A stretch of 64,000 bases of DNA from assembly GCA_963665325.3 (NCBI GenBank), contig OZ224045.1, forward strand, positions 992,001 to 1,056,000. The letters run 5' to 3'. Position numbers and translations under genes: made by a program. This stretch comes from Alphaproteobacteria bacterium (GTDB lineage: Bacteria; Pseudomonadota; Alphaproteobacteria; Bin95). The notes beneath the pieces were generated by a model. The model saw only the letters and a program-made list of their open reading frames with translations. It searched no databases and had not been told where the DNA came from. Below, piece after piece: positions 1-16,923 of this stretch (position 1 is the stretch's first letter; each line of letters begins with the position of its first letter).

Positions 1-1
1 G

Positions 2-2998
<2,997 letters not shown>

Positions 2999-3044
2999 CG
3001 CAGGGCGGACAATGCGAAAACCGGCGGGCGAGGGCTTTCGACGC

Positions 3045-3073
3045 TTGACGCCCGCCGGCCGCATCGGTAAAAG
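3045..3073 (+). promoter_or_regulatory. putative sigma70 promoter of str operon
   Basis: TTGACG-N17-TAAAAG about 220 nt upstream of rpsL. Confidence 0.55.
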
Positions 3074-3295
3074 CCGGCAGCCTTATTCGGGGAGGCGGCG
3101 GTAAACCTGTCATTGCGGCTGGTTTAGACGCGTCTCCGAGCCGGTCTGGGGCCGAGCGGAGTTCGATTATCCGGACACTGGGACGCTCAGGCGAGCCCGC
3201 GCAGGATGTGCGGGGCGGCGTCTGGTGTTCTTGTCCGGTCCCGCGGGTCCGGGGCGGCTGTTTCCCGGCCGGGGCAGGATGTGCAAGGAGGCGGG

Positions 3296-3667
3296 ATGCC
3301 GACGATCAATCAGTTGATCCGCAAGTCGCGGACCGCGCCAAAGGCGCGCAACAAGGTGCCGGCGCTGGAGGCATGCCCCCAGAAGCGCGGCGTCTGTACG
3401 CGCGTCTACACGACCACGCCGAAGAAGCCGAACTCGGCGCTGCGCAAGGTGGCCCGCGTGAGGTTGACCAACGGATTCGAAGTGACGAGCTACATTCCCG
3501 GCGTCGGCCACAATCTCCAGGAGCATTCGGTGGTGCTGATCCGGGGCGGGCGGGTGAAGGACCTGCCCGGCGTGCGCTACCACATCATCCGCGGCACGCT
3601 GGATACGCAGGGTGTCGCGGACCGCCGCCAGCGCCGGTCGAAATACGGCGCCAAGCGTCCGCGGTAA
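3296..3667 (+). CDS. rpsL: 30S ribosomal protein S12
   Basis: [10 protein letters not shown]...[11 protein letters not shown]...DLPGVRY; AAGGAGG RBS upstream. Confidence 0.99.
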   Translation: MPTINQLIRKSRTAPKARNKVPALEACPQKRGVCTRVYTTTPKKPNSALRKVARVRLTNGFEVTSYIPGVGHNLQEHSVVLIRGGRVKDLPGVRYHIIRGTLDTQGVADRRQRRSKYGAKRPR

Positions 3668-3682
3668 GGGGAGCCGGAAGCC

Positions 3683-4153
3683 ATGTCGCGCCGCCGTGCA
3701 GCAGAGAAACGCCAGCCGATTCCCGATCCGCGATACGGGGATGCGGTGATCTCGAAATTCGTCAGCTGCCTGATGCTGGACGGCAAGAAGTCCACGGCGG
3801 AACGGATCGTTTACGGGGCGCTGGAAAATGCAGAACGCCGCGCCGGCGTCGAAGCGCTGCAGGTCTTCCACGCCGCCCTCGACAATGTGCGGCCCAATCT
3901 CGAGGTGCGGTCCCGGCGGGTGGGTGGCGCGACCTACCAGGTGCCGGTCGAGGTACGTCCCGAGCGGGCGCAGGCGCTGGCGATCCGCTGGCTGATCGAC
4001 GTGGCACGCAAGCGGTCCGAGAAGACCATGGTCGACCGCCTCAGCGGCGAGTTGATCGACGCGATTAACCAGCGCGGCGCCGCGGTAAAGAAGCGCGAAG
4101 ACACGCACCGGATGGCCGAGGCCAACCGGGCCTTCTCGCACTACCGCTGGTAA
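3683..4153 (+). CDS. rpsG: 30S ribosomal protein S7
   Basis: [25 protein letters not shown]. Confidence 0.99.
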   Translation: MSRRRAAEKRQPIPDPRYGDAVISKFVSCLMLDGKKSTAERIVYGALENAERRAGVEALQVFHAALDNVRPNLEVRSRRVGGATYQVPVEVRPERAQALAIRWLIDVARKRSEKTMVDRLSGELIDAINQRGAAVKKREDTHRMAEANRAFSHYRW

Positions 4154-4178
4154 CGGACAGAGTCGGAGCACCCTGCCA

Positions 4179-6254
<2,076 letters not shown>

Positions 6255-6286
6255 CGGCGGGAAACGTAAAGAGGGGCTTGGAATCG

Positions 6287-7477
6287 ATGGGCAAGGCTCG
6301 GTTTGAGCGGACGAAGCCGCACTGCAACATAGGCACGATCGGCCATGTTGATCATGGCAAGACGACGCTTACGGCAGCGATCACGAAGATCCTTGCGGAG
6401 GCTGGCGGGGCAGAGTTCACGGCCTACGACCAGATTGACAAGGCTCCTGAGGAGAAGGCGCGGGGGATCACGATTTCGACGGCGCATGTAGAGTATGAGA
6501 CGGGTGCGCGTCACTATGCGCATGTGGATTGCCCGGGTCATGCGGACTATGTGAAGAACATGATCACGGGCGCTGCGCAGATGGACGGCGCGGTCCTGGT
6601 GGTGAGCGCAGCGGACGGCCCGATGCCGCAGACGCGCGAGCACATACTTCTGGCGCGTCAGGTTGGCGTTCCGGCCTTGGTTGTTTACCTGAACAAGGTC
6701 GATCAGGTTGATGACGAGGAGCTTCTGGAGCTTGTGGAGCTTGAGGTCCGGGAGCTTTTGTCGAGCTACGACTTTCCTGGCGACGACATTCCTGTGGTCA
6801 AGGGCTCTGCTTTGGCGGCGCTGGAGGACGGTGACGAGGCGCAGGGGCGCCAGTCGGTGCTGGATCTGATGGAGGCTGTGGATGAGTATGTTCCGCAGCC
6901 GGACCGTCCGAAGGACCGCCCGTTTCTGATGCCGATCGAGGATGTGTTTTCGATCTCGGGCCGGGGCACGGTTGTGACGGGGCGTGTTGAGCAGGGGATC
7001 GTGAAGGTCGGCGACGATGTTGAGATAGTGGGGCTGAAGGAGACATCGAAGACGGTGTGCACGGGCGTCGAGATGTTCCGGAAGCTTCTGGACCAGGGTG
7101 AGGCTGGCGACAATGTTGGGGTTCTGCTTCGCGGCACGAAGCGCGACGAGGTAGAGCGAGGCCAGGTATTGGCGCGTCCGGGCTCGATCCGCCCACACAC
7201 GAAGTTCCAGTGCGAGTGCTATGTTCTGACGAAGGACGAGGGTGGTCGGCACACGCCGTTTTTCTCGAACTACCGTCCGCAGTTTTACTTCCGCACGACG
7301 GATGTGACGGGGACGGTTGAGTTGCCGGAGGGTGTGGAGATGGTTCTTCCCGGTGACAACATCTCGATGGGAGTGAACCTTATCGCGCCGATAGCGATGG
7401 ACGAGGGCCTACGATTTGCGATCCGCGAGGGCGGGCGCACCGTCGGCGCCGGCGTCGTCGCATCAATCGACGACTGA
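6287..7477 (+). CDS. tuf: elongation factor Tu
   Basis: [26 protein letters not shown]. Confidence 0.99.
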   Translation: MGKARFERTKPHCNIGTIGHVDHGKTTLTAAITKILAEAGGAEFTAYDQIDKAPEEKARGITISTAHVEYETGARHYAHVDCPGHADYVKNMITGAAQMDGAVLVVSAADGPMPQTREHILLARQVGVPALVVYLNKVDQVDDEELLELVELEVRELLSSYDFPGDDIPVVKGSALAALEDGDEAQGRQSVLDLMEAVDEYVPQPDRPKDRPFLMPIEDVFSISGRGTVVTGRVEQGIVKVGDDVEIVGLKETSKTVCTGVEMFRKLLDQGEAGDNVGVLLRGTKRDEVERGQVLARPGSIRPHTKFQCECYVLTKDEGGRHTPFFSNYRPQFYFRTTDVTGTVELPEGVEMVLPGDNISMGVNLIAPIAMDEGLRFAIREGGRTVGAGVVASIDD

Positions 7478-7511
7478 ACGCCCCGGACGCTGGAACGAGA
7501 GACCGAGTGCA

Positions 7512-7820
7512 ATGGATCACCAGAACATCCGCATACGCCTGAAGGCGTTCGATCACCGGGTTCTCGACCAGTCAACCGGCGAGATCGTGAGCACGGCGAA
7601 GCGCACCGGCGCACAGGTGCGCGGGCCGATCCCGCTGCCGGTGCGAATTCAGCGCTACACCGTGCTGCGCGGCCCGCATATCGACAAGAAAAGCCGCGAA
7701 CAGTTCGAGATGCGCACCCACCGCCGGGTGCTCGATATCGTCGACCCGACGCCGCAGACCGTGGACGCGCTGATGAAGCTCGATCTGGCGGCCGGCGTCG
7801 ATGTCGAGATCAAGGTCTGA
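7512..7820 (+). CDS. rpsJ: 30S ribosomal protein S10
   Basis: [27 protein letters not shown]. Confidence 0.99.
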   Translation: MDHQNIRIRLKAFDHRVLDQSTGEIVSTAKRTGAQVRGPIPLPVRIQRYTVLRGPHIDKKSREQFEMRTHRRVLDIVDPTPQTVDALMKLDLAAGVDVEIKV

Positions 7821-7836
7821 GGGAGGCTCGGGGTCG

Positions 7837-8550
7837 ATGCGAACCGGCGTCATTGCCCGCAAACTCGGCATGATGCGCATGTTTGCGGAAACGGGTGCGC
7901 ACGTACCGGTGACGGTGCTGTCGCTCGACCGGTGCCGCGTGGTTGCGCAGCGCCGCCGGGAGCCGGATGGCTACACGGCATTGCAGCTCGGCGCCGGCAT
8001 GGCGCGCACAAAGCGGGTTACGCAGCCGATGCGCGGCCATTTCGCGAAGGCGAAAGTCGAACCGGCAAAGCGCGTGGCCGAGTTTCGGGTATCGGAAGAG
8101 GCGCTGGTCGAGGTCGGGGCCGAACTTTCCGCTGACCATTTCGTCAAGGGTCAGCATGTCGATGTCTCCGGCACGAGCATCGGCAAGGGATTCGCGGGCG
8201 CGATGAAGCGGCATAATTTCGCCGGCCTCAGGGCATCGCATGGCGTGTCGGTCTCGCACCGCTCGCATGGCTCGACCGGCAACAGCCAGAATCCGGGCAA
8301 GGTCTGGAAAGGCAAGAAGATGGCCGGGCATATGGGCAATGCGCGCGCCACGGTGCAGAACCTCGAAGTAGTCGATACCGACGTCGAGCGCGGCCTCATC
8401 ATGGTCAGGGGCGCGGTGCCCGGCGCGACGGGCGGCTGGGTCCTGGTCTCGGATGCGCGCAAGCGCAAGCTGCCGGAAGGCGCGCCGTTCCCGGCCGGCC
8501 TCAAGGCGCCGGAAGAGGCCGAAACGGCGGCCGGCGAGAGCGGGGAGTAG
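7837..8550 (+). CDS. rplC: 50S ribosomal protein L3
   Basis: [22 protein letters not shown]. Confidence 0.99.
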   Translation: MRTGVIARKLGMMRMFAETGAHVPVTVLSLDRCRVVAQRRREPDGYTALQLGAGMARTKRVTQPMRGHFAKAKVEPAKRVAEFRVSEEALVEVGAELSADHFVKGQHVDVSGTSIGKGFAGAMKRHNFAGLRASHGVSVSHRSHGSTGNSQNPGKVWKGKKMAGHMGNARATVQNLEVVDTDVERGLIMVRGAVPGATGGWVLVSDARKRKLPEGAPFPAGLKAPEEAETAAGESGE

Positions 8551-8554
8551 GAAC

Positions 8555-9175
8555 ATGCAGCTCCCTGTCAGGGATTGGGACAACCGCGAGACCGGTAACA
8601 TCGAGCTTGCCGACGGCGTGTTCGGGGGCGAGGTGCGGCGCGACCTGCTGGCCCGCGTGGTGAACTGGCAGCGCGCGAAGAAGCGCGGCGGCGACCACAA
8701 GGTCAAGGAACGCAACGAGATCGCGCGGACGAAGTCCAAGATCTACCGCCAGAAGGGCACGGGCCGGGCGCGGCACGGGGCCGCGACGGCGAACGTCTTT
8801 CGGGGCGGCGGCGTTGCGCACGGGCCGAGAGTGCGCAGCCACGCGCACAAGCTGCCGAAGAAGGTCCGGGCGGCTGGGCTGCGCGCGGCGCTGGCGTCGA
8901 AGACCCAGGCCGGCAAGCTGATCGTGGTCGAGGACCTTGCGCTGGAGAACGGGCGCACGCGGGATCTTGCCAGGCGGCTTCGCGAGATGGAGCTTGCCTC
9001 TGCGCTGATCGTGGGCGGTGAGACGGTGGACGAGAATTTCCGGCGGGCCGCCGCCAATATCGTCGGCGTCGATGTGCTGCCGCGCATGGGCGCCAACGTC
9101 TATGACATCCTGCGGCGCGAGGTTCTGGTGCTGACCCGGGACGCGGCCGCGCATCTCGAGGAGCGCCTGTCATGA
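8555..9175 (+). CDS. rplD: 50S ribosomal protein L4
   Basis: [19 protein letters not shown]. Confidence 0.98.
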   Translation: MQLPVRDWDNRETGNIELADGVFGGEVRRDLLARVVNWQRAKKRGGDHKVKERNEIARTKSKIYRQKGTGRARHGAATANVFRGGGVAHGPRVRSHAHKLPKKVRAAGLRAALASKTQAGKLIVVEDLALENGRTRDLARRLREMELASALIVGGETVDENFRRAAANIVGVDVLPRMGANVYDILRREVLVLTRDAAAHLEERLS

Positions 9176-9504
9176 GCCGGGCCCGCGTCATCAGGGGACC
9201 GGCGCCCCGGATCGGCCGCGAGCGCATGCTCGCCGTGCTGCGGGCGCCCGTCGTGACCGAGAAATCGACCCTGATCGGCGAGCACAACCAGATCACCTTC
9301 CGGGTGGCGATGGACGCCACCAAGCCGGAAATCTTCCAGGCGGTCGAAGGGCTGTTTTCGGTGAAGGTGAAGAAGGTCAACACGCTGAGGGTCAAGGGCA
9401 AGACCAAACGGTTCCGGGGCATACCGGGTAAGCGCCCCGACTGGAAAAAGGCCGTCGTGACGCTCGAAGAGGGGCATTCGGTGGACGTGGCCACGGGGAT
9501 CTGA
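9172..9504 (+). CDS. rplW: 50S ribosomal protein L23
   Basis: PVVTEKS, KKAVVTL; ATGA overlap with rplD. Confidence 0.97.
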   Translation: MSRARVIRGPAPRIGRERMLAVLRAPVVTEKSTLIGEHNQITFRVAMDATKPEIFQAVEGLFSVKVKKVNTLRVKGKTKRFRGIPGKRPDWKKAVVTLEEGHSVDVATGI

Positions 9505-9508
9505 GGCG

Positions 9509-10348
9509 ATGGCGCTCAAGCATTACAATCCGACTTCGCCGGGCCGCCGCGGGCTCGTGCTCGTCGACCGCACGGGATTGCACAAGGGCAAGCCGGTCAA
9601 GGCATTGACCGAGGGGCTGACCGGGACCGGCGGGCGCAACAACCACGGGCGCACAACGGTGTTCTGGCGCGGCGGCGGCCACAAGCGCAAATACCGCCGG
9701 ATAGACTTCAAGCGGCGCAAATGGGACCAGTCGGCGGTCGTCGAGCGGCTGGAATACGATCCGAACCGCACGGCCTTCATTGCGCTTATCCGCTACGAGG
9801 ACGGCGAGCTCTCCTACATCCTGGCCCCGCAACGTCTCCAGCCGGGCGATTCAGTGGTTGCGGGCCGGGAGGTGGATGTGAAGCCTGGCAATGCGATGCC
9901 GCTGCGCCGGATTCCGGTCGGGACCATCGTCCACAATGTCGAGTTGAAGCCGGGCAAGGGCGGCCAGGTGGCGCGGGCCGCCGGGACCTATGTGCAGCTT
10001 GTCGGACGCGATGCCGGCATGGCGCGGCTGCGCTTCAGCTCGGGCGAGACGCGCATGGTGCCGCACGAGTGCATGGCATCCATCGGCGCCGTATCCAACT
10101 CGGACCACGGCAACCAGACGCTTGCCAAGGCAGGACGAAACCGCTGGCTCGGCCGGCGCCCGCATGTGCGCGGCGTGGTGATGAACCCGGTGGACCATCC
10201 GCATGGCGGCGGCGAGGGCCGGACCTCTGGCGGGCGCCATCCCGTGACGCCCTGGGGCAAGCCGACCAAGGGCCGCCGGACGCGGAGGAAGAAGGCTTCC
10301 GACAAGATGATCCTGCGCAGCCGTCACCGCGCAAAGACGAGAGGCTAG
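9509..10348 (+). CDS. rplB: 50S ribosomal protein L2
   Basis: [21 protein letters not shown]. Confidence 0.99.
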   Translation: MALKHYNPTSPGRRGLVLVDRTGLHKGKPVKALTEGLTGTGGRNNHGRTTVFWRGGGHKRKYRRIDFKRRKWDQSAVVERLEYDPNRTAFIALIRYEDGELSYILAPQRLQPGDSVVAGREVDVKPGNAMPLRRIPVGTIVHNVELKPGKGGQVARAAGTYVQLVGRDAGMARLRFSSGETRMVPHECMASIGAVSNSDHGNQTLAKAGRNRWLGRRPHVRGVVMNPVDHPHGGGEGRTSGGRHPVTPWGKPTKGRRTRRKKASDKMILRSRHRAKTRG

Positions 10349-10351
10349 GCC

Positions 10352-10630
10352 ATGTCGCGTTCGGTTTGGAAAGGCCCCTTCGTGGACGGCTATCTGCTGA
10401 AGAAGGCAGAGGCGGTGCGTGGGTCGGGGCGCAAGGAAGTGATCCGTACCTGGTCGAGGCGGTCGACGATCCTGCCGCAGTTCGTCGGCCTCACCTTCGG
10501 CGTCCACAACGGCCAGAAATTCCTGCCGGTGCTGGTCACCGAGGACATGGTCGGCCACAAATTCGGCGAGTTCGCCCCGACCCGGACCTTCTACGGGCAT
10601 GCGGCGGACAAGAAGGCGCGGCGGGGCTGA
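10352..10630 (+). CDS. rpsS: 30S ribosomal protein S19
   Basis: [22 protein letters not shown]. Confidence 0.99.
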   Translation: MSRSVWKGPFVDGYLLKKAEAVRGSGRKEVIRTWSRRSTILPQFVGLTFGVHNGQKFLPVLVTEDMVGHKFGEFAPTRTFYGHAADKKARRG

Positions 10631-10634
10631 GGCG

Positions 10635-11087
10635 ATGGGCAAACCCAAGGCAGAACCCCGCCTGGCGGAGAACGAGGCGCTGGCTTACGTGAAATATATC
10701 CGCACGAGCCCGCGCAAGCTGAACCTCGTTGCCGAGAGCATTCGCGGCCTGAGCGTCGAGGCGGCGCTCAATACGCTCGCCTTCTCGAAGAAGCGCGTGG
10801 CGGAGGATGTTCGCAAGGCGGTGCAGTCCGCGATCGCGAATGCGGAGAACAACCACGAGCTCGATATCGACCGGCTGGTCGTGGCCGAGGCGACGGTCGG
10901 GCGGACGATCGTCATGAAGCGGATGCGGCCTCGCGCGCGAGGCCGGGTCGGGCGGATCGAGAAGCCGTTCAGCAATCTCCGCATCGTGGTGCGGGAACTT
11001 CCCGACGAGGACGATCTGTTCGTCCCCGAAGACGGTGATGAAGTGCTCGTCGCGGACGACGGGGATGCGGCCGAGGAGCGTGTGTGA
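10635..11087 (+). CDS. rplV: 50S ribosomal protein L22 with acidic C-terminal extension
   Basis: [26 protein letters not shown]. Confidence 0.98.
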   Translation: MGKPKAEPRLAENEALAYVKYIRTSPRKLNLVAESIRGLSVEAALNTLAFSKKRVAEDVRKAVQSAIANAENNHELDIDRLVVAEATVGRTIVMKRMRPRARGRVGRIEKPFSNLRIVVRELPDEDDLFVPEDGDEVLVADDGDAAEERV

Positions 11088-11770
11088 TGGGTCACAAAGT
11101 CAACCCGATCGGGCTTCGGCTCGGCATCAACCGGACTTGGAACTCGCGCTGGTATGCGGACCGCGACTATGGCGACCTGCTGCACGAGGACCTGCAGATC
11201 CGCGATTTCCTGGAGAAGCGCCTCCAGAATGCGGGCCTCTCCAAGATAATCATCGAGCGCCCGGCGAAGAAGGCGCGCGTCACGATCCACACCGCCCGCC
11301 CGGGCGTGGTGATCGGCAAGAAGGGCGCCGATATCGAAAGGTTGCGCATGGCGCTTGGACGGATGACGAACAGCGATGTCAACCTGAACATCGTCGAGAT
11401 CCGCAAGCCCGAGATCGACGCGAAGCTGGTGGCCGACAATATCGCCCAGCAGCTTGAGCGCCGCGTTGCGTTCCGGCGCGCGATGAAGCGGGCGGTGCAG
11501 TCGGCGATGCGCCTCGGCGCGCTCGGCATCCGCATCAATGTGGGCGGCCGGCTCGGCGGGGCGGAGATCGCGCGCACCGAGTGGTACCGCGAGGGCCGGG
11601 TGCCGCTGCACACTCTGCGGGCCGACATCGACTATGGCGAGGCAACCGCGAACACGACCTACGGCTCCTGCGGGGTCAAGGTCTGGGTGTTCAAGGGCGA
11701 GATCATGGCGCACGACCCGATGGCGCAGGACAAGCGGCTCGCGGAAGAACGCGCCGCGATGGGCCGCTGA
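11087..11770 (+). CDS. rpsC: 30S ribosomal protein S3
   Basis: [33 protein letters not shown]. Confidence 0.99.
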   Translation: MGHKVNPIGLRLGINRTWNSRWYADRDYGDLLHEDLQIRDFLEKRLQNAGLSKIIIERPAKKARVTIHTARPGVVIGKKGADIERLRMALGRMTNSDVNLNIVEIRKPEIDAKLVADNIAQQLERRVAFRRAMKRAVQSAMRLGALGIRINVGGRLGGAEIARTEWYREGRVPLHTLRADIDYGEATANTTYGSCGVKVWVFKGEIMAHDPMAQDKRLAEERAAMGR

Positions 11771-11782
11771 GGAGGCCGGGGG

Positions 11783-12196
11783 ATGCTGCAACCGAAGCGC
11801 ACGAAATACCGCAAGCGGCAGAAGGGGCGCATCCACGGCATGGCCAAGGGCGGCGCTACGCTGAATTTCGGCAGCTACGGGCTCAAGGCTGCGGCGCCGG
11901 CCAGGATCACCGCACGGCAGATCGAGGCCGCCCGGCGCACCATCACCCGCCGGATGCGCCGCGCGGGCAAGGTGTGGATCCGCATCTTCCCGGATGTGCC
12001 GGTTTCGACCAAGCCGGCGGAGGTCCGGATGGGCAAGGGCAAGGGTTCGCCGGAATACTGGGTGGCGAAGGTCAAGCCCGGTCGGATCATGTTCGAACTC
12101 GACGGCGTGCCGGAGACCGTGGCCCGCGACGCCTTTGCGCTGGCTTCCGCCAAACTGCCGATAGCGACCCGTGTGGTCGTCCGCGACGGAGCCTGA
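11783..12196 (+). CDS. rplP: 50S ribosomal protein L16
   Basis: [18 protein letters not shown]. Confidence 0.99.
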   Translation: MLQPKRTKYRKRQKGRIHGMAKGGATLNFGSYGLKAAAPARITARQIEAARRTITRRMRRAGKVWIRIFPDVPVSTKPAEVRMGKGKGSPEYWVAKVKPGRIMFELDGVPETVARDAFALASAKLPIATRVVVRDGA

Positions 12197-12201
12197 GCGC
12201 C

Positions 12202-12405
12202 ATGAAAGCGATAGACGTGCGTGCACGGACCGCAGACGAGCTCTCGGAGCTTCTGGTGGATCTCCAGAAGGCAGCATTCAATCTGCGCTTCCAGAGGGCG
12301 TCGGGCCAGCTCGAAAACACCGCCGAGATACGCCAGGTACGCCGCGACATCGCCCGGATCAAGACGGTCCTCGGCGAAAAAAACCGCGCCGCGGCCGGGG
12401 CCTGA
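12202..12405 (+). CDS. rpmC: 50S ribosomal protein L29
   Basis: MKAIDVR...[14 protein letters not shown]...RRDIARIKT (C-terminal part of track ORF 11581..12405). Confidence 0.97.
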   Translation: MKAIDVRARTADELSELLVDLQKAAFNLRFQRASGQLENTAEIRQVRRDIARIKTVLGEKNRAAAGA

Positions 12406-12418
12406 GGACGACACTGTC

Positions 12419-12685
12419 ATGCCGAAACGAATCCTGCAGGGCGTCGTGGTCAGCGACAAGATGGACAAGACGATCATCGTCCGCGTCGACCGCCGCGTTC
12501 GCCATCCGCTCTACAAGAAGTTCATCACGCGCTCGAAGAAGTTCGCCGCGCATGACGAGGAAAACCGCTATCGCGAAGGCGATACCGTGCGGATCGAGGA
12601 GCACCGTCCGATCTCGAGGCGCAAGCGCTGGACAGCGCTCAGCCGCGCGGGCGGGGGACGGGCGTCCGGGGAGGCCGGGGCATGA
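12419..12685 (+). CDS. rpsQ: 30S ribosomal protein S17
   Basis: [24 protein letters not shown]. Confidence 0.98.
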   Translation: MPKRILQGVVVSDKMDKTIIVRVDRRVRHPLYKKFITRSKKFAAHDEENRYREGDTVRIEEHRPISRRKRWTALSRAGGGRASGEAGA

Positions 12686-13050
12686 TCCAGGTCGAGACCA
12701 ATCTCGATGTCGCCGACAACTCCGGCGCGCGCCGGGTGCAGTGCATCCGGGTGCTGGGAGGCACGGGCCGCCGCTCGGCGTCGGTGGGCGATATCATCGT
12801 CGTCTCGGTCAAGGAGGCGATCCCGCGCGGCCGCGTGCGCAAGGGCGAAATCCGCCGCGCCGTGGTGGTGCGCACCAAGAAGGAAGTGACCCGCCCCGAC
12901 GGCACGGCAATCCGGTTCGACCGCAATGCCGCGGTCATCCTGAGCCCGCAGAACGAACCGGTGGGCACGCGCATCTTCGGCCCGGTAACGCGGGAGCTGC
13001 GCGCCAAGCGCTTCATGAAGATCATCTCGCTCGCCCCGGAGGTGCTGTGA
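12682..13050 (+). CDS. rplN: 50S ribosomal protein L14
   Basis: [24 protein letters not shown]. Confidence 0.99.
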   Translation: MIQVETNLDVADNSGARRVQCIRVLGGTGRRSASVGDIIVVSVKEAIPRGRVRKGEIRRAVVVRTKKEVTRPDGTAIRFDRNAAVILSPQNEPVGTRIFGPVTRELRAKRFMKIISLAPEVL

Positions 13051-13367
13051 TGGCCGCGCGTATTCGCAAGGGCGACCGGGTGGCGGTGCTGACCGGACGC
13101 GACCGGGGCAAGCGCGGAGAAGTGTTGCGCGTGCTGCCGGACAAGGAGCGCGCCGTGGTCCAGGGCGTCAATCTGGTCGCCAAGCACCGTCGCGGCAGCG
13201 CCCAGGGGCCGGGCGGCGTCGAGCAGATCGAGGCGACAGTCCACCTTTCCAATCTCGCCCATATCGACCCCGAAACCGACAAGCCGACCCGCGTCGGGTT
13301 CCGCAAGCTGGAAGACGGCCGCAAGGTCCGCTTCGCGCGCGGTTCCGACACGGTCATCGACCGTTAG
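13050..13367 (+). CDS. rplX: 50S ribosomal protein L24
   Basis: [22 protein letters not shown] motif (C-terminal part of track ORF 12171..13367). Confidence 0.97.
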   Translation: MAARIRKGDRVAVLTGRDRGKRGEVLRVLPDKERAVVQGVNLVAKHRRGSAQGPGGVEQIEATVHLSNLAHIDPETDKPTRVGFRKLEDGRKVRFARGSDTVIDR

Positions 13368-13380
13368 GAGCTGGCGCGAC

Positions 13381-13920
13381 ATGCCTCGTCTCCAGGACAT
13401 ATACCGCGAAGCCGTGCGCCCGGCGCTGATCGAGCAGTTCGCCTACAACAACCCGATGCAGGTGCCGGCGCTCGAGAAGATCGTGCTGAACATGGGCGTC
13501 GGCGAAGCCGTGGGCGACAGCAAGAAGATCGAGGCTGCGGTCGCCGACCTGACGGCCATCTCCGGGCAGAAGCCCATCGTCACGCGGGCACGGAAATCGA
13601 TCGCCGCCTTCAAGCTGCGCGAGGGAATGACGATCGGCTGCAAGGTCACTCTGCGCCGGACGCGGATGTGGGAGTTCTTCGACCGGCTGACGACCATCGC
13701 GCTGCCGCGCGTGCGCGACTTCCGCGGCGTGTCGCCCCGGGCGTTCGACGGTCGCGGCAACTATTCGCTCGGAATCCGGGAGCAGATCATCTTTCCCGAG
13801 ATTTCCTACGACAGGGTCGATGCAATTCGCGGCATGAACATCGTCATCTGCACCACGGCCCGCACCAACGAGGAAGCGCGGGCCCTGCTCGGCGGCCTCA
13901 ACTTGCCGTTCGAGCGATAA
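13381..13920 (+). CDS. rplE: 50S ribosomal protein L5
   Basis: [26 protein letters not shown]. Confidence 0.99.
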   Translation: MPRLQDIYREAVRPALIEQFAYNNPMQVPALEKIVLNMGVGEAVGDSKKIEAAVADLTAISGQKPIVTRARKSIAAFKLREGMTIGCKVTLRRTRMWEFFDRLTTIALPRVRDFRGVSPRAFDGRGNYSLGIREQIIFPEISYDRVDAIRGMNIVICTTARTNEEARALLGGLNLPFER

Positions 13921-13944
13921 GCGCGAGGGAGGACAGGAACGCCC

Positions 13945-14250
13945 ATGGCCAAGGTCAGCATGGTGGAGCGGGACAAGAAACGCCGCCAGCTCGCGGCGCG
14001 GTATGCGAAGCGGCGCGCAGCCCTGCGCGCCGAAGTGCGCGACCCATCTCTCGCGCCCGATGAGCGCTTCGCCGCGTCGCTGAAGCTCGCGGCCATGCCG
14101 CGCAACGGCGCCAAGGTGCGGTTGCGCAACCGTTGCGAGTTGTCCGGGCGGCCGCGCGGCTATTATCGCAAATTTCGCCTGTCGCGAATTGCACTTCGCG
14201 AACTGGCGTCGCGGGGGCAGGTGCCCGGCGTCGTCAAGGCAAGCTGGTAG
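13945..14250 (+). CDS. rpsN: 30S ribosomal protein S14 (long, non-zinc type)
   Basis: [20 protein letters not shown]. Confidence 0.99.
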   Translation: MAKVSMVERDKKRRQLAARYAKRRAALRAEVRDPSLAPDERFAASLKLAAMPRNGAKVRLRNRCELSGRPRGYYRKFRLSRIALRELASRGQVPGVVKASW

Positions 14251-14269
14251 GAAAGGAGGCGGCCATCCC

Positions 14270-14665
14270 ATGTCGATGAGCGATCCTCTCGGCGATATGC
14301 TCACCCGCATCCGCAACGGGCAGCGGGCCGGCAAGCCGCATGTCGTGTCGCCGAAGTCCAAGCTGCGCATGAACGTGCTGCAGGTGCTGGCGCGCGAGGG
14401 CTATATCCGCAACTACGAAGAAAGCCACCAGGGGTCGGCCGGCGAGTTGCGCATCGAGCTCAAATATTACGAAGGCCAGCCTGTGATCCGCTCGATCCAG
14501 CGGGTCTCGAAGCCGGGCCGGCGGGTCTATTCCCGGATCAAGGACCTCAAGCCCTTCAACAACGGGCTGGGCATCCAGATCCTGTCCACGCCGCGGGGCG
14601 TCATGTCGGACCACGAGGCGCGGTCCTTCAATGTCGGCGGCGAAGTGCTCTGTCAGGTGTTCTGA
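14270..14665 (+). CDS. rpsH: 30S ribosomal protein S8
   Basis: [26 protein letters not shown]. Confidence 0.99.
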   Translation: MSMSDPLGDMLTRIRNGQRAGKPHVVSPKSKLRMNVLQVLAREGYIRNYEESHQGSAGELRIELKYYEGQPVIRSIQRVSKPGRRVYSRIKDLKPFNNGLGIQILSTPRGVMSDHEARSFNVGGEVLCQVF

Positions 14666-15201
14666 TGTCTCGCATAGGCAAGAATCCCGTCGCGATCCCC
14701 GACGGGGCCGAGGTCCGCTACGAAGGCGCCGTGTTGAGCGCGAAGGGCCGGCTCGGCGAACTCAGTTTCCCGGTTTCGGAAGACCTGGTCGAGGTCGAAC
14801 TGGCCGACGGCCGGATCGCGGTGCGGCCTCGCGACGAGTCGAAACAGGCCCGCGCCATGTGGGGCACGACCCGGGCGCTCGCGCAGAATATCGTCACGGG
14901 CGTCAGCCAGGGTTTCACCCGCAATCTGGAGATCACCGGCGTCGGCTACCGCGCCGAGGTGAGGGACCGGGTTCTGGTGTTGTCGCTCGGCTACAGCCAT
15001 CCGGTAGAATATTCGATCCCGGAGGGGATCGAGATCGTCTGCCAGCGCCCGACGGCCATTTCCGTCAGCGGTGCCGACCGGCAGCGCGTAGGGCAGGTTG
15101 CAGCTGAAATCCGTGCCTGGCGCAAGCCCGAGCCCTACAAGGGCAAGGGCGTGAGGTATGAGGGCGAATATGTCTTCCGCAAGGAAGGCAAGAAGAAGTA
15201 G
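14665..15201 (+). CDS. rplF: 50S ribosomal protein L6
   Basis: [18 protein letters not shown]. Confidence 0.99.
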   Translation: MSRIGKNPVAIPDGAEVRYEGAVLSAKGRLGELSFPVSEDLVEVELADGRIAVRPRDESKQARAMWGTTRALAQNIVTGVSQGFTRNLEITGVGYRAEVRDRVLVLSLGYSHPVEYSIPEGIEIVCQRPTAISVSGADRQRVGQVAAEIRAWRKPEPYKGKGVRYEGEYVFRKEGKKK

Positions 15202-15210
15202 AGGCGGGCG

Positions 15211-15570
15211 ATGCTGACGACACGGGAACTCTTCGAGCGGCGCAGACGGCGTGTGCGCTACAGCCTGAGAAAGGCCGGCGACGGACGGCCGCGCCTGTCG
15301 GTGTTCCGTTCCAACCGCTATATCTACGCGCAGATCGTGGACGACCGGCAAGGCAAGACGCTGGTTGCCGCCTCTTCGCTGGAGAAGGACCTGCGCGAAG
15401 GGCCCGGCACCGGCAACCGTGATGCGGCCCAGGCCGTGGGCGCGAGGCTGGCCGAGCGTGCGGTGGCGGCAGGCGTGAAGGAAATCGTCTTCGACCGCAG
15501 CGGCTACAAGTATCATGGACGGGTCAAGGCGCTCGCCGACGCGGCCCGCGAGGGCGGCCTGTCGTTCTGA
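15211..15570 (+). CDS. rplR: 50S ribosomal protein L18
   Basis: [25 protein letters not shown]. Confidence 0.99.
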   Translation: MLTTRELFERRRRRVRYSLRKAGDGRPRLSVFRSNRYIYAQIVDDRQGKTLVAASSLEKDLREGPGTGNRDAAQAVGARLAERAVAAGVKEIVFDRSGYKYHGRVKALADAAREGGLSF

Positions 15571-15610
15571 CGGGGCCGTAGGCAGGAGCGCAGGAGGAAG
15601 ACGGAGCAGT

Positions 15611-16198
15611 ATGGCACGGGGACCGAGGTCGGATCGCGGACGCGACCGCGAAGAGAGCGAGTTCATTGAGAAACTCGTCTCGATTAACCGCGTCGCGAAG
15701 GTTGTGAAGGGGGGCCGGCGGTTCGGCTTCTCGGCGCTGGTCGTCGCAGGCGATGGCCAGGGGCGTGCGGGTGTGGGCGCCGGCAAGGCGCGCGAGGTGC
15801 CCGAGGCCATCCGCAAGGCGACCGAACGCGCCAAGCGCACGATGCGCCGGGTGCCGCTGAAGGACGGGCGCACCCTCCATCACGATGTGCGCGGGCGATT
15901 TGGCGCCGGCCGGGTGGTGCTGCGTGCGGCGCCGCAGGGCACCGGCGTCATCGCCGGCGGACCGATGCGCGCCGTGTTCGAGGCGCTTGGCATCCAGGAT
16001 GTGGTGGCCAAGTCGCTGGGCACTTCCAACCCGCACAATATGGTGAAGGCCACTTTCGAGGCGCTTTCCCGCACGGCCAGCCCGCGCATGGTCGCGCAGC
16101 GGCGGGGCAAACGCCCCTCGGACCTGTTCGGGCCTCGGGCGCCCGCCGACGAATCCGCAGAGGCAGATGCGCCGGCGGAGGCTGCCGAAAATGAATGA
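15611..16198 (+). CDS. rpsE: 30S ribosomal protein S5
   Basis: [22 protein letters not shown]. Confidence 0.99.
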   Translation: MARGPRSDRGRDREESEFIEKLVSINRVAKVVKGGRRFGFSALVVAGDGQGRAGVGAGKAREVPEAIRKATERAKRTMRRVPLKDGRTLHHDVRGRFGAGRVVLRAAPQGTGVIAGGPMRAVFEALGIQDVVAKSLGTSNPHNMVKATFEALSRTASPRMVAQRRGKRPSDLFGPRAPADESAEADAPAEAAENE

Positions 16199-16388
16199 CG
16201 GGGCCGCGAAACGTGTGAAGGTCACGCAGACGGGTTCGCCGATCCGGCGGCCGAGGGTGCAGCGTGAGACGCTGATCGGTCTCGGGCTGAACAAGATGAA
16301 CCGGTCCCGTATCCTGGAGGACACGCCGGCTGTGAGGGGCATGATCGCCAAGGTGCGGCACATGGTGCGCGTGGAAGAGGTTGAATGA
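16191..16388 (+). CDS. rpmD: 50S ribosomal protein L30
   Basis: [23 protein letters not shown]. Confidence 0.96.
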   Translation: MNDGAAKRVKVTQTGSPIRRPRVQRETLIGLGLNKMNRSRILEDTPAVRGMIAKVRHMVRVEEVE

Positions 16389-16434
16389 TGGCGGGCCACC
16401 CCCGATTTGACGGGTGAGCGAGGACGAAGACGCG

Positions 16435-16914
16435 ATGAAGCTGAACGAACTCTCGGATAACCCGGGCGCCCGCAAGACGGCCAAGCGCGTCGGGCGCGGT
16501 ATCGGTTCCGGCAAGGGCAAGACCTCCGGACGCGGCGTCAAGGGCCAGAAGTCCCGAAGCGGCGTTGCGCTCAACGGTTTCGAGGGCGGCCAGATGCCGC
16601 TCTACCGAAGGCTGCCGAAGCGGGGCTTCAACAACTACCGGTTCCGCGCGCGCTACCAGGCGGTCAATCTCGGCCGCCTGCAGGTCGCGGTGGAAGCCGG
16701 CAAGCTGGACCCGGCCGAGCCGGTGGATGCGGCGGCGCTCGTCGCCTCCGGCGTCGTGCGCCGGCCGCGCGACGGCATCAGGCTGCTTGCCGGAGGCGAA
16801 CTCAAGTCAGGGCTCGACCTTCGGGTGGCCGGCGCTTCCAGGGCCGCGGTCGCCGCGGTGGAGGCGGCGGGCGGCACCGTGACGGTGCTGAACGCAGCAC
16901 CGGCGGAAGGGTAA
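16435..16914 (+). CDS. rplO: 50S ribosomal protein L15
   Basis: [21 protein letters not shown]. Confidence 0.99.
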   Translation: MKLNELSDNPGARKTAKRVGRGIGSGKGKTSGRGVKGQKSRSGVALNGFEGGQMPLYRRLPKRGFNNYRFRARYQAVNLGRLQVAVEAGKLDPAEPVDAAALVASGVVRRPRDGIRLLAGGELKSGLDLRVAGASRAAVAAVEAAGGTVTVLNAAPAEG

Positions 16915-16923
16915 CGGGGAACC

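Noticed and set aside
3074-3295. Structured RNA in the long rpsL leader
   Set aside because: GC-rich pairings are possible, but no family can be supported by eye; needs an Rfam or covariation search.
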